Source: Arcobacteraceae bacterium
GTDB taxonomy: Bacteria > Campylobacterota > Campylobacteria > Campylobacterales > Arcobacteraceae
Assembly: GCA_028375605.1 (NCBI GenBank)
Contig: JAONGR010000002.1
Location: 4,085 to 68,084, forward strand
DNA length: 64,000 nucleotides
Reading direction: 5' to 3'
Shown here: positions 19,208 through 29,782 of the stretch, in pieces
How positions within the stretch are numbered: the first letter of the stretch is position 1
How the letters are laid out: every line of letters starts with the position of its first letter
Made by a program: the position numbers and the translations under genes
Notes under the pieces: generated by a model
Databases searched by the model: none
Told to the model about the DNA's origin: nothing
Seen by the model: only the letters and a program-made list of their open reading frames with translations

Positions 19208-20473
19208 GTGCATAAAATATTATGTGTTGATAATAATGAAGAAAATCTGACTGAATTAAAATTATTATTTAAAAATAAAATAGAAGAATTTAGTCTAATA
19301 TTTGCAAAAAATGGAAATGAAGCTATAAATATTTTACTAAAAGAATCAATAGATATGATTCTTTTAGATGCAATGATAGACGATACAGATGGTTATGAAA
19401 CTGCAAAATTAATAAAATCTAATAGTGTAATCAATCATATACCTATGATTTTTTTAATTGAAAATAAAACCCATAATACAATTGAAAATGCATTTAAATA
19501 TGGTGTTGATTATTTATTAAAACCTTTTGATAAAGATGTACTTTTTACAAGAATAAAATCTCAATTTGAAGTATTAGAGTTGCATAATAAACTAGAAGAT
19601 CAAATATCATTTAATCAATCAGTACTAAATGCTCAAAAAAATATGATTTTGATACATGATGATAATGGACTTATCAATGCAAATCAAAGTTTTTATTCTT
19701 TTTTTTGTGTACATAATACTGAAGAGTTTATATCTACTTATGGTTCTTTGGTTAGCCAATTTATGGAATATGAAAACTATTTTTCTTTAAGTGATTTAAA
19801 TAATACTGTACCTTGGTTAAGTGAGTTATCAAGTAAAGAAAATACTCCATATTCTATATTATTACTCAATCATAATACTTTTCAACCAGAAACATTTGTT
19901 ATTGATGTTAATCCTATAGGTAATCTGGATAAATTTGTTATTACATTAACTAATATTACATCAATAATCACTCAATCTAAAAGATATGAGATGAAAGCAA
20001 CGTATGATGTATTGACAAATATTTATAATAGAAATAAATTTAACGATTGTATTGATGAGCAGTACAAGTTATTTGCAAGATATGGTGGCGAACTGAGTTT
20101 TGCAATATTTGATATAGATTTTTTTAAGCAAGTAAATGATGTTCATGGTCATGTTGTTGGGGATGAAACTCTTATAACATTTGCTCAAACAATTGAAAAC
20201 AATATCAGAAATACCGATGTATTTGCAAGATGGGGAGGGGAAGAGTTCACTTTACTTCTGCCTTGTACAAAATTAGAAGATGCAACTTTCGTGACTAATA
20301 ATTTAAGAAAAATAATTGAAAAATTAAATTTCAAAACAATAGGACAGAAAACTTGTTCAATAGGATTGACTCAATTTAAAAAAGGTGATACTGTAGATTC
20401 TGTTTTACTTAGAGCAGATGAAGCACTATATGAAGCAAAAGAAACGGGACGTAATAAAGTTTGTGTAAGGTAA
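19208..20473 (+). CDS. Response-regulator diguanylate cyclase (REC-PAS-like-GGDEF)
   Basis: N-terminal REC (LLDAM, KP); DIDFFKQVND.HGH..GD; RNTD I-site; RWGGEEF. Confidence 0.92.
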   Translation: MHKILCVDNNEENLTELKLLFKNKIEEFSLIFAKNGNEAINILLKESIDMILLDAMIDDTDGYETAKLIKSNSVINHIPMIFLIENKTHNTIENAFKYGVDYLLKPFDKDVLFTRIKSQFEVLELHNKLEDQISFNQSVLNAQKNMILIHDDNGLINANQSFYSFFCVHNTEEFISTYGSLVSQFMEYENYFSLSDLNNTVPWLSELSSKENTPYSILLLNHNTFQPETFVIDVNPIGNLDKFVITLTNITSIITQSKRYEMKATYDVLTNIYNRNKFNDCIDEQYKLFARYGGELSFAIFDIDFFKQVNDVHGHVVGDETLITFAQTIENNIRNTDVFARWGGEEFTLLLPCTKLEDATFVTNNLRKIIEKLNFKTIGQKTCSIGLTQFKKGDTVDSVLLRADEALYEAKETGRNKVCVR

Positions 20474-20475
20474 AA

Positions 20476-21429
20476 GTGAATATATTCCAAAAAATAATAC
20501 AATGTATTGTATTGACAATTATAAGTGTTTCGACACTTCAAGCCGTTGAAATAACTACTAATGAAGTTTTTTCTGAAGTAAAGATTATTCAAAATAAAAT
20601 ACATTTAATTCATAAATTTTTTAATGTTAATCATATCCATTTAGAAGAATCTAGTAAGAAGTTAGAAACTAATGCTGTTTTAAAGCCAAGAAATACATGG
20701 CAAAAAACCTATGAGATAATGATTAAAATTAATATTCTTAGAAACAATAATAATTTACCTATTATAGAACCTGTAAATATGGATCCGGTATTAAATTTAA
20801 ATTCAGCTTTAGTTTATGAACAAACTCAAAGAATATTAACAGAGTTGAATATATTTATGTTAAGACTGGGAATAGTAAATCAAAATAATTTTGTAAGTAA
20901 AAAATATAAAAATAAAACAACTCTAGATGTTTTTAAGGCATTAAATAGTGTATCGTATTCTTTAGATGAGTTAAATAAAGAGGGGTTAAGCTCTTCACAT
21001 GTATTTGGCGAAATGATGAGAGTGTATAATGATACTACAAAAATAATGCAACACTTAAATATAAATGATCATACTATACCAACAAAAAGATATGAAAAAA
21101 TTCAATCTTCAGATACGTATAATCGTGCAGTGCGTATATTAAATAAAATTAAACAAATCCAACATTCTTTAGGAATTGAAAGTGTTGATTTTTATGGATT
21201 TGAAAAAGATATCTTAACTTCAAGTGATGTGTTTGGGATGGTGGAAATGATTATTGTGGAACTTCAACCAATTAAAGCTTCCCTTGGTTTAACTCATTAT
21301 ATAACACCAGCTTCTACTCAGTACCAAGATAAAAGACCAATAGATGTAGATCAGATGATGGGGTGGGTACTAAGAAAGTTAATTTCAATTGAGAATAAAA
21401 TAACAGAAAAAGATGAGATAGCAAAATGA
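20476..21429 (+). CDS. Exported helical-repeat protein of unknown function
   Basis: Signal peptide (..STLQA); about 8 amphipathic helical repeats; GTG at 20476 follows AAGG; ATGA overlap with the hybrid kinase. Confidence 0.75.
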   Translation: MNIFQKIIQCIVLTIISVSTLQAVEITTNEVFSEVKIIQNKIHLIHKFFNVNHIHLEESSKKLETNAVLKPRNTWQKTYEIMIKINILRNNNNLPIIEPVNMDPVLNLNSALVYEQTQRILTELNIFMLRLGIVNQNNFVSKKYKNKTTLDVFKALNSVSYSLDELNKEGLSSSHVFGEMMRVYNDTTKIMQHLNINDHTIPTKRYEKIQSSDTYNRAVRILNKIKQIQHSLGIESVDFYGFEKDILTSSDVFGMVEMIIVELQPIKASLGLTHYITPASTQYQDKRPIDVDQMMGWVLRKLISIENKITEKDEIAK

Positions 21430-24400
21430 ATGTAATTAAAAACTTCTTTGAAAACAATTTACATCTTTCGATTAAAAATAAAATATTTTTTATTTTTACT
21501 ACTGTAATTTTGTTATCTGTTACTATAGTTGGATATTTTGGATATAACAGTGCAAGTAATGCCTATATAAATTCTGCTTTAGCGTTAAATACAAACATAA
21601 CAAAAGCTAAAGTAATTGAAATGGAAGAAAGTATATCTTTTATTCCAGCTGATATTGATTTTATTGCAAATAGTTTTGCTTTACATAAATATTTATCATG
21701 GAAAAGTATTGGTGAAACAAAAAAAATGAATAGTTGGCGAAATGCTTTTGATATTATTATTAAAGATTTCATGAACAAAAAAAATGTTTATTATAAAATG
21801 AGATTTCTAGATATTGATGGAAAAGAGATAATGTCTTATAGTTATGATAAAAATAAAGATACAGTTACTGTTATAGAGGATAAAAACTTACAAGATAAAA
21901 AAAATAGAGACTATTTCAAAAAAGCAATTTTATTAAATAATGGAGAATACTTTTTATCTGAGATGAATCTTAACATAGAAAATAAAAAGATAGAAGTACC
22001 CTTCATTCCTGTCCTTCGATACTCTACTCCTATTGTTGATAAAAATGGAGAAAAAAAAGGTGTTTTAGTATTTAATTTATTTGCTGATGAATTGTTAAAA
22101 TTGATTCATGATTTAGAAGAAATACAGGATGATAGAGACTATTATTTACTAGATAAGAATGCAGATTATCTTTACCATAAAAATCATGAATATCAATGGG
22201 GAACCCAATTAGGTACAAATTATAATTTTAAACAAGATTTTAAAGGTGTTTGGGAAAAATTTAATAATCATGAAGCCGGTACATTTATGCTTAATGGTGA
22301 AATATTTAGTTTTAAAAAAGTACATCCAATACATAATATATCTGAAGAAAAATATTGGTATTTTGTTTCTAAAATATCATCGAGTAATGCCTTATCTGAT
22401 TTGCAAGAATTTAAAGTATTGTTTGTATTGGTTTTAGTTTCAGTATTATTAATTGCATTTGCTTTAATCTCATCTTATATAAATAAAATAGTACGTCCTT
22501 TGATGATAGTAAGTAATCAGTTAAAAGCACTTGCAAAAGGTGAAATAAAAAAAGAAGAAATTGATTATAAATATAAAGATGAAGTTGGTCAAATAGTTAA
22601 CTCTACTACTATTTTGATTGATGCAATTGAAACAACTATAATACAGGCAAATGCTGTAGCAAGTGGAAATTTCTCTAAAGAGATACAGCTTTTAAGTAAG
22701 AATGATCAATTAGGTTTGGCTTTACAAAATATGCGAAATAGATTAAAAGAGATTGCCTCTTTATCAAATCAGCTAGCTTCTGGAGACTATGATGTTACAA
22801 TAATCGCAAAAAGTAGTGAAGATGAATTAGGATTTGCTATTTTAGATATGGTTGAATATCTTGAACATATTACACAAATTGTAGAATCGATATCAATAGG
22901 TAATGTTGATGTTAAAAATATGGTTAAAAGTGAGAAAGATAGACTTGGTTTAGCTACTTTAGATATGGTGGAATACCTGAAATTGATTGTACGTCAAGCA
23001 AACTCTATTTCAAATAATGATTTGAGTCATAATATTGAAGTAAAAAGTAATAATGATGCTTTAGGTTTAGCACTGGGTACTATGACAGATCTTTTAAGAA
23101 CTAATGATATTAAAAATAAAAATGAAATTTGGTTTAGTGAAAGTGTTCGGTTTTTTACAGATAAACTTGTTGGTATCTCAGACCCTATAAAACTATCAAC
23201 TGTTGCATTAAGTTTATGTAGTAGATATGTGAATGCTAGTAATAGTATTCTCTATAGTTTTGAAAAAGAAAGTAGTATCTTGTCTTTACAAGCTTCTTTT
23301 TCTTTAGTAATAGATGAGCATACAATTAAAAGTTGTGCTTTAGGTGAGGGTGTTTTAGGACAAGTTGCATTAGAAAAAGAAGCTATATTATTAAGTGATT
23401 TAGATGATTCAAGTTTTTCTGGAAATACTGGAATAAAAAACTTACAATCTAAGGAAATCTTTATTTTTCCTCTATTACATGCTGATATACTACAAGGTGT
23501 CATTAAAATGCATAGTATAAAAGGGTTTACTGAAATTGAAAAAGACTATTTAAATAAAACGTCACAAATTTTAGCAACCTCATTATTTACAACAATTCAG
23601 AACTTACAAATTAAGAATTTATTAGAAAAGTCACAATTAGCATATGAAGAACTAGAGGTAAAATCAGAAGAGATGCAAACACAGAGTGAAGAGTTGCGTG
23701 CATCAAATGAGCAAATGGAAGAACAAGCATTACAACTACAAATACAATCAGATAATCTACATATAAAAAATAAAGAGATAGAGAAAGCAAAATTAGAGAT
23801 TGATAAAAGGGCAGATGAATTAGAGAATTCAAACCAATACAAAAGTGAATTTTTAGCAAATATGAGCCATGAATTGAGAACACCTCTTAATTCAGTAATC
23901 TTATTGTCTTCGTTGTTAACGAAGAATAATAAAAGAAATTTAACAACATCCGATTTAGAAAAAGTTGGAGTGATTAATGAGTCAGGAAATGAACTCTTAA
24001 GACTTATAAACGATATTTTGGATTTAAGTAAAATAGAATCTGGTAAAATGGAACTTATAATTGATAAAATAGATTCGAATAAATTATTAAAAAGTTATAA
24101 TGAAGTATTTTCACATTCTGCGAAAGAAAGAAATTTAGTTTTAAATATCCATGATAATTTTAATGATTTCTTTTATACAGATAAAGATCGTTTAAATCAG
24201 ATAGTTAGAAATCTTATCTCAAATGCTTTAAAGTTTACAAAAGAGGGTACACTTGATGTAACTATTTCTAAGTCTTCTATTAAACAATTACCTATTATAA
24301 TTGAAGTGAAAGATACGGGAATAGGGATTGCCCCACATAAACAAGAACTTATTTTTAAAGCATTTATGCAAGCAGATGGAAGTACAAATAGAAAATTTGG

Positions 24401-25817
24401 AGGAACGGGTCTTGGGTTATCCATTAGCAAAGAATTAGCACAACTAATGGGAGGTAAGATAGAGCTTCATTCTGTTGAAAACGAAGGATCAGCTTTTAAA
24501 ATATATTTGCCTAATTTAGTTGATCAGTATAATGAGAATGAAATTACTGATAATAGTAAAGAAGTAGAGATATCTAAGAATATAGAAAGCGATAATAAAA
24601 ATAATCTTATAATCAATAAAAAAATAAAACCACATGTATTGACTGATCAATTTTTAATTATTGAAGATGATATCTCTTTTGCAAATATTATTAAAAATAT
24701 TATTGAAGATCAAGGTTTCAAGGCATTTATAGCAAACACAGGAAAAGAGGGAATAGCCTTAGCTTTAGAGCATCATATTCATGGTGCAATTATAGATTTA
24801 GGGTTACCTGATATGAATGGTATCGAAGTGATTAAAGTTTTAAAATCAAATCATCTAACAGAAGATATTCATATTCAGGTCATTACAGGTAAAGAGATTA
24901 AAGATATAGATTTTGCGGATATTCAAGTAGATGGGTATTTGCAAAAGCCAGTATCATCAAATCAAATTATTAAAACCATTAATAGTATAGAATCACAACA
25001 AGATGTACAGACAAAATCGATACTACTTGTCGAAGATGATATAGTGCATTTGAATGCCCTTAAAGATTATTTATGTGAAGAAAAAGATTATGATATTATT
25101 ACTACTCAAAGTGTGGAAGAAGCAATCAAGGTTAATTCGGAAAAGTATTTTGATCTGGCAATTATTGATTTGGGTTTATCTGATGGTAGTGGAATAGAAA
25201 TTTGCCAAAAATTATCAGAGAGTAGAAAAGATACTGTAATACTTATTTATACAGGTCGAGACTTATCTCTAGAAGAAACAGATTATTTAAATGATATTAG
25301 TGATGAAATAATTATTAAAAATCCAAATTCTCATTTAAGGTTAAGGGATGAAATTACCCGATTTTTAGAATCACCTTCCCTTACAGTAAATAAAAAATTT
25401 ATGCTAGATATCCAAAATATAAGTTTAGAAAATAAATTAAACTTAAAAAATAAAAGAGTTTTAATCGTAGATGACGATATGAAAAATATTTTTGTTTTAA
25501 GTTCTGCCTTACAAGAATACGATATGGAAATTTCACATGCAAAAAATGGAAAAGATGCGTTAACTTTTTTATCAAATAATAAAAATATAGATATTATTCT
25601 TATGGATATTATGATGCCAATTATGGATGGTTATGAATGTATGAAAGAGATTCGTTTAGATACTACTATAAAACATCTACCTATTATTGCAGTCACAGCT
25701 AAAGCAATGCCTAAAGATAAACAAAAAGCATTAGAGTGTGGAGCAGATGATTATCTTACTAAACCAATAGATTTAGAAAAATTACAAGCAATGATGTTGA
25801 TGTGGATAAATAAATAA
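21426..25817 (+). CDS. Hybrid sensor histidine kinase (Cache-HAMPs-GAF-HisKA-HATPase-3xREC)
   Basis: Two TMs flanking a Cache domain; repeated HAMP units (DELG/DQLG/DRLG); FLANMSHELRTPLN; GGTGLGL; three receiver domains. Confidence 0.93.
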   Translation: MNVIKNFFENNLHLSIKNKIFFIFTTVILLSVTIVGYFGYNSASNAYINSALALNTNITKAKVIEMEESISFIPADIDFIANSFALHKYLSWKSIGETKKMNSWRNAFDIIIKDFMNKKNVYYKMRFLDIDGKEIMSYSYDKNKDTVTVIEDKNLQDKKNRDYFKKAILLNNGEYFLSEMNLNIENKKIEVPFIPVLRYSTPIVDKNGEKKGVLVFNLFADELLKLIHDLEEIQDDRDYYLLDKNADYLYHKNHEYQWGTQLGTNYNFKQDFKGVWEKFNNHEAGTFMLNGEIFSFKKVHPIHNISEEKYWYFVSKISSSNALSDLQEFKVLFVLVLVSVLLIAFALISSYINKIVRPLMIVSNQLKALAKGEIKKEEIDYKYKDEVGQIVNSTTILIDAIETTIIQANAVASGNFSKEIQLLSKNDQLGLALQNMRNRLKEIASLSNQLASGDYDVTIIAKSSEDELGFAILDMVEYLEHITQIVESISIGNVDVKNMVKSEKDRLGLATLDMVEYLKLIVRQANSISNNDLSHNIEVKSNNDALGLALGTMTDLLRTNDIKNKNEIWFSESVRFFTDKLVGISDPIKLSTVALSLCSRYVNASNSILYSFEKESSILSLQASFSLVIDEHTIKSCALGEGVLGQVALEKEAILLSDLDDSSFSGNTGIKNLQSKEIFIFPLLHADILQGVIKMHSIKGFTEIEKDYLNKTSQILATSLFTTIQNLQIKNLLEKSQLAYEELEVKSEEMQTQSEELRASNEQMEEQALQLQIQSDNLHIKNKEIEKAKLEIDKRADELENSNQYKSEFLANMSHELRTPLNSVILLSSLLTKNNKRNLTTSDLEKVGVINESGNELLRLINDILDLSKIESGKMELIIDKIDSNKLLKSYNEVFSHSAKERNLVLNIHDNFNDFFYTDKDRLNQIVRNLISNALKFTKEGTLDVTISKSSIKQLPIIIEVKDTGIGIAPHKQELIFKAFMQADGSTNRKFGGTGLGLSISKELAQLMGGKIELHSVENEGSAFKIYLPNLVDQYNENEITDNSKEVEISKNIESDNKNNLIINKKIKPHVLTDQFLIIEDDISFANIIKNIIEDQGFKAFIANTGKEGIALALEHHIHGAIIDLGLPDMNGIEVIKVLKSNHLTEDIHIQVITGKEIKDIDFADIQVDGYLQKPVSSNQIIKTINSIESQQDVQTKSILLVEDDIVHLNALKDYLCEEKDYDIITTQSVEEAIKVNSEKYFDLAIIDLGLSDGSGIEICQKLSESRKDTVILIYTGRDLSLEETDYLNDISDEIIIKNPNSHLRLRDEITRFLESPSLTVNKKFMLDIQNISLENKLNLKNKRVLIVDDDMKNIFVLSSALQEYDMEISHAKNGKDALTFLSNNKNIDIILMDIMMPIMDGYECMKEIRLDTTIKHLPIIAVTAKAMPKDKQKALECGADDYLTKPIDLEKLQAMMLMWINK

Positions 25818-25820
25818 TTA

Positions 25821-26633
25821 ATGAAAATAAAAGAAAAAGCTTTACATTCTTTTTTAATAGAAGTTCGACATAAGTATGATTATGATTTTGAAAATTATAA
25901 TTATTCTACACTTATACGACGTATAGAGATACATTGTATAAAATTAAATATTAATACTTTTTATCTATATACGCAGAATGTACTCAATAGTAGAGAAATT
26001 TTTGATGAAATGTTTTCCCATTTTAGTATTAATGTAACAGAGTTTTTTAGAGAACCAAAACAGATGAAAATATTTAAAGATGAAATTGTTCCCTATTTAA
26101 AAACATTTCCTTATCTTAAAATATGGTGTGCAGGATGTAGTATCGGTATGGAATCATATTCTTTAAGTATTTTGTTAGAAGAGTGTGGAATAACGAATAA
26201 ATACCAAATTTATGCAACTGACTTTAACAATAAAGTATTAGAACATGCAAAAACAGGTTTATATGATATACCCAATTTTGAAGAAGCATCCTTTAATTAT
26301 AAAATGAGTGGTGGCGAATATAATTTTATAGATTATTTTATAAAAAAAGGTAAGTTTTACCAAATAAAAAAAAGATTAAAAGAAAAGATATTATACTTTA
26401 ACCATAATTTAGTAACTGATAGCATCATTAATAATTTTCAGTTAATCATATGTAAAAATGTAGTAATATACTTCAATAAAGACTTAAAAGATACTATTCT
26501 TAAAAAATTTAATGAATCATTAGTTCCTCATGGATTTATGATTTTAGGTAACAGTGAATTTTTACCAACTGAGTTTACAAATAGTATGAAGTTATATAAT
26601 GAAAAAAGTAAGGTGTACCAGAAAAGATGCTAA
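25821..26633 (+). CDS. cheR: CheR-type protein-glutamate O-methyltransferase
   Basis: SINVTEFFR, KIWCAGCS.G.E.YS, YATD, HNL, CKNVVIYF and LG.SE motifs. Confidence 0.9.
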   Translation: MKIKEKALHSFLIEVRHKYDYDFENYNYSTLIRRIEIHCIKLNINTFYLYTQNVLNSREIFDEMFSHFSINVTEFFREPKQMKIFKDEIVPYLKTFPYLKIWCAGCSIGMESYSLSILLEECGITNKYQIYATDFNNKVLEHAKTGLYDIPNFEEASFNYKMSGGEYNFIDYFIKKGKFYQIKKRLKEKILYFNHNLVTDSIINNFQLIICKNVVIYFNKDLKDTILKKFNESLVPHGFMILGNSEFLPTEFTNSMKLYNEKSKVYQKRC

Positions 26634-27757
26634 TAGATATTTTAATTGTTGATGATGTAAAATCGAATTTAATCTCCTTGGAGGCACTATTAGAATCAAT
26701 GGATACTGATTTTAATATTATTAAAGCAAATAATGGGATGGAAGCTTTAGATTTTGCATTAAGCATAAAACCTCATTTAATTATTTTAGATATACAAATG
26801 CCAGATATAGATGGATTTGAAGTTGCACAATTGCTAAAAGTAAATAAATACACACAAGATATACCTATAATATTTTTAACAGCTGCTTTTAAATCAGAAG
26901 AATTTGTTGAACAAGGGTTTTCATTAGGGGCAATTGATTATCTAACAAAACCAATTGATGAACATCAGTTCTCGAATAGAATTAGTCTATATTCTAAGTT
27001 AATAAAAAGTATGGAAGAAAATAGACAAAAAGATTTAAAATTAAATGAGCAAAGTAAATTAGTAAGTATGGGTGAAATGATAGGAAATATAGCGCATCAA
27101 TGGAGACAGCCTTTAAGTGTAATTTCTACAGGTATTACAGGTATGCAACTTGAAAAAGAGTATGGCTTGTTAACAGATGAAAAGTTTAATAAAACTTGTG
27201 ATGTTATAAATAGTAATGCACAATACTTATCAAAAACAATAGATGATTTTCGTAATTTTGTAAAAGGCGAAAGAATAAAAAAATTATTTAATTTAAAAAA
27301 TGATATTGAATCTTTTTTACATCTAGTTGAAGGTAGTATAAAAAATGAAAATATTAATGTGATACTTACTTTAGATGAAAATATCACTATTGATGGTTAT
27401 GAAAATGAATTAACACAATGTTTTATAAATATTTTTAATAATGCAAAAGATGCACTTGCTAATCAAGAAGATACAAATAGATTAGTATTTATTTCAACAG
27501 AACAACTAAATAAACAAATTATCATAAAAATTAAAGATAATGGTGGTGGAATTTTACCAGAAGCTCTAACAAGAGTTTTTGAACCATATTATACTACTAA
27601 ACATCAATCTCAAGGTACTGGGTTAGGTTTACACATGACTTATAATCTGATTGTTGATGGAATGGGTGGTACTTTAGATGTATATAATCGTGAATTTGAG
27701 TACGATGGTTACAAACAAAAAGGGGCAGAATTTATCATAAAATTTCCCCTTTACTAA
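26627..27757 (+). CDS. Hybrid REC-histidine kinase
   Basis: ILIVDD, LDIQMP.IDG, IAHQWRQPL, NNAKDA and GTGLGL motifs. Confidence 0.92.
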   Translation: MLIDILIVDDVKSNLISLEALLESMDTDFNIIKANNGMEALDFALSIKPHLIILDIQMPDIDGFEVAQLLKVNKYTQDIPIIFLTAAFKSEEFVEQGFSLGAIDYLTKPIDEHQFSNRISLYSKLIKSMEENRQKDLKLNEQSKLVSMGEMIGNIAHQWRQPLSVISTGITGMQLEKEYGLLTDEKFNKTCDVINSNAQYLSKTIDDFRNFVKGERIKKLFNLKNDIESFLHLVEGSIKNENINVILTLDENITIDGYENELTQCFINIFNNAKDALANQEDTNRLVFISTEQLNKQIIIKIKDNGGGILPEALTRVFEPYYTTKHQSQGTGLGLHMTYNLIVDGMGGTLDVYNREFEYDGYKQKGAEFIIKFPLY

Positions 27758-27801
27758 AATTTAGATATAATTTATTAAAATTAAAAAATTAGGATAATAA
27801 A

Positions 27802-29724
27802 TTGTCATTAGAATTATTACAAAAACAAGCAGACACGATTAGATTTTTAGCAGCAGACATGGTACAAGCAGCAAATAGTGGACACCCAGGTGCTCCTATG
27901 GGTATGGCTGATATTGTTACTGTGTTAAGCAAATATTTAAAAGTAGACCCTACAAACTCTACATGGTTAAATAGAGATAGATTAGTATTTAGTGGAGGTC
28001 ATGCTTCTGGTATGGTTTATTCACTTTTACACCTTTGGGGATTTGATCTTTCAATTGAAGACTTAAAACAATTTAGACAAACGGGAAGTAAAACTCCAGG
28101 ACATCCAGAATATAAACACACTCATGGTGTAGAAATTACAACAGGTCCTTTAGGGCAAGGTGTTGCAAATGCTGTTGGTTTTGCTATGGCTTCAGCTTAT
28201 GCGAAAAATGATTTAAATACTGTCAGCGAAGTTATTGATCATCATGTATATTGTTTTTGTGGTGATGGAGATTTACAAGAGGGTATTTCTTATGAAGCTT
28301 GTGCAACAGCTGGTCATCAACAAACATCAAACTTAACTATTATTTATGATTCAAATGACATTACAATTGAAGGTGATATTAGTATTGCGTGGAGTGAAGA
28401 TGTTGCTAAAAGATTTGATGCAATTAACTTTGACGTTATTACTATAAATGGTCATGATTTTGCTGCTATTGATAAAGCATTAGAAACTTCTAGAAATAGT
28501 GATAAACCAACTCTTATTATTGCTAAAACAGCTATAGGAAAAGGGGCTGCTACTATGGAAGGTTCTCACCATACACATGGTGCTCCCTTAGGAAATGATG
28601 AATTAGCTGCTTCTAAAACAAAAGCTGGATTTGATGCATCAAAATCTTTTGTAGTTGATGCTGATGTAAAAACAGCTTTTGATAAAACAGTTAGCGGAAA
28701 AGAGCTAAGTGATGCATGGAATGATTCTTTAACTGCAGAAGATTCAGAAAAGTTAAATAAACTTATCAATCCAATTTTTGAAGATATCTCTTATCCTGAT
28801 TTTTCTGAAGTTTCTGAGATGGCAACAAGAGATTCAAATCATAAAATCTTAAATGCAATTGCAGCTACTGTACCTGGTTTTATTGGTGGGAGTGCAGATT
28901 TAGCACCTTCAAATAAAACTGAATTAATCGGTATGGGTGATTTTCCAAAAGGAAGAAACATCCACTTTGGTATTAAAGAACATTCAATGGCAGCTATTAC
29001 AAATGCTATGAATATTTATGGATTATATAAAGTATTTAATGCAACATTTTTTATCTTCTCTGATTATTTAAAACCAGCTGCAAGAGTTGCAGCATTATCA
29101 AACATCCCTACACACTTTGTATGGACTCATGATAGTATTGGTGTAGGTGAAGATGGTGCTACGCATCAACCAATTGAGCAACTATCTCAATTTAGAGCTA
29201 TGCCTAATTTCTATACATTTAGACCTGCTGATGCTACAGAAAATATAGAATGTTGGAAAACAGCTCTTACTATGGATGCTCCTACAGGTTTTGTATGTTC
29301 AAGACAAAAACTTAGAAACCTAAAAGGTGTAAAAGTTACTGGTGATGTTTCAAATGGTGGATACTTATTAGAAAAAAGAGAAGGTGCTGATGTAACTTTA
29401 ATGGCTTCTGGTAGTGAGGTTGCTTTATGTTTAGATGCAGCAGCCCAGTTAGAAAAACAAGATGTAATTGTAAATGTTGTATCTGTTCCTTGTTTTGATT
29501 TATTATGTGAGCAAAGTGAAGACTATATTGAAGAGATTATCAATATGGATGAAACATTTGTTATTGCTGTTGAGGCTGCTACTGCCGTTGAATACTACAA
29601 ATTTGCAGATCATGTTATTGGGATGAGTAGTTTTGGTGAGAGTGGAAAGGCTAATGAACTTTTCGAAAAATTTGGGTTTACAACTGATAAATTAGTTGCA
29701 AATATAAAACAATATATTTCTTAG
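27802..29724 (+). CDS. tkt: Transketolase
   Basis: SGHPG, RDRLVFSGGH, TPGHPE, GDGDLQEG, GSADLAPSN and THDSIGVGEDG motifs. Confidence 0.97.
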   Translation: MSLELLQKQADTIRFLAADMVQAANSGHPGAPMGMADIVTVLSKYLKVDPTNSTWLNRDRLVFSGGHASGMVYSLLHLWGFDLSIEDLKQFRQTGSKTPGHPEYKHTHGVEITTGPLGQGVANAVGFAMASAYAKNDLNTVSEVIDHHVYCFCGDGDLQEGISYEACATAGHQQTSNLTIIYDSNDITIEGDISIAWSEDVAKRFDAINFDVITINGHDFAAIDKALETSRNSDKPTLIIAKTAIGKGAATMEGSHHTHGAPLGNDELAASKTKAGFDASKSFVVDADVKTAFDKTVSGKELSDAWNDSLTAEDSEKLNKLINPIFEDISYPDFSEVSEMATRDSNHKILNAIAATVPGFIGGSADLAPSNKTELIGMGDFPKGRNIHFGIKEHSMAAITNAMNIYGLYKVFNATFFIFSDYLKPAARVAALSNIPTHFVWTHDSIGVGEDGATHQPIEQLSQFRAMPNFYTFRPADATENIECWKTALTMDAPTGFVCSRQKLRNLKGVKVTGDVSNGGYLLEKREGADVTLMASGSEVALCLDAAAQLEKQDVIVNVVSVPCFDLLCEQSEDYIEEIINMDETFVIAVEAATAVEYYKFADHVIGMSSFGESGKANELFEKFGFTTDKLVANIKQYIS

Positions 29725-29782
29725 AAAATATTGGATAAAGTAAGTTATGTAAGAAAAATTTAGTGAATAAAAGGACCTTAAA

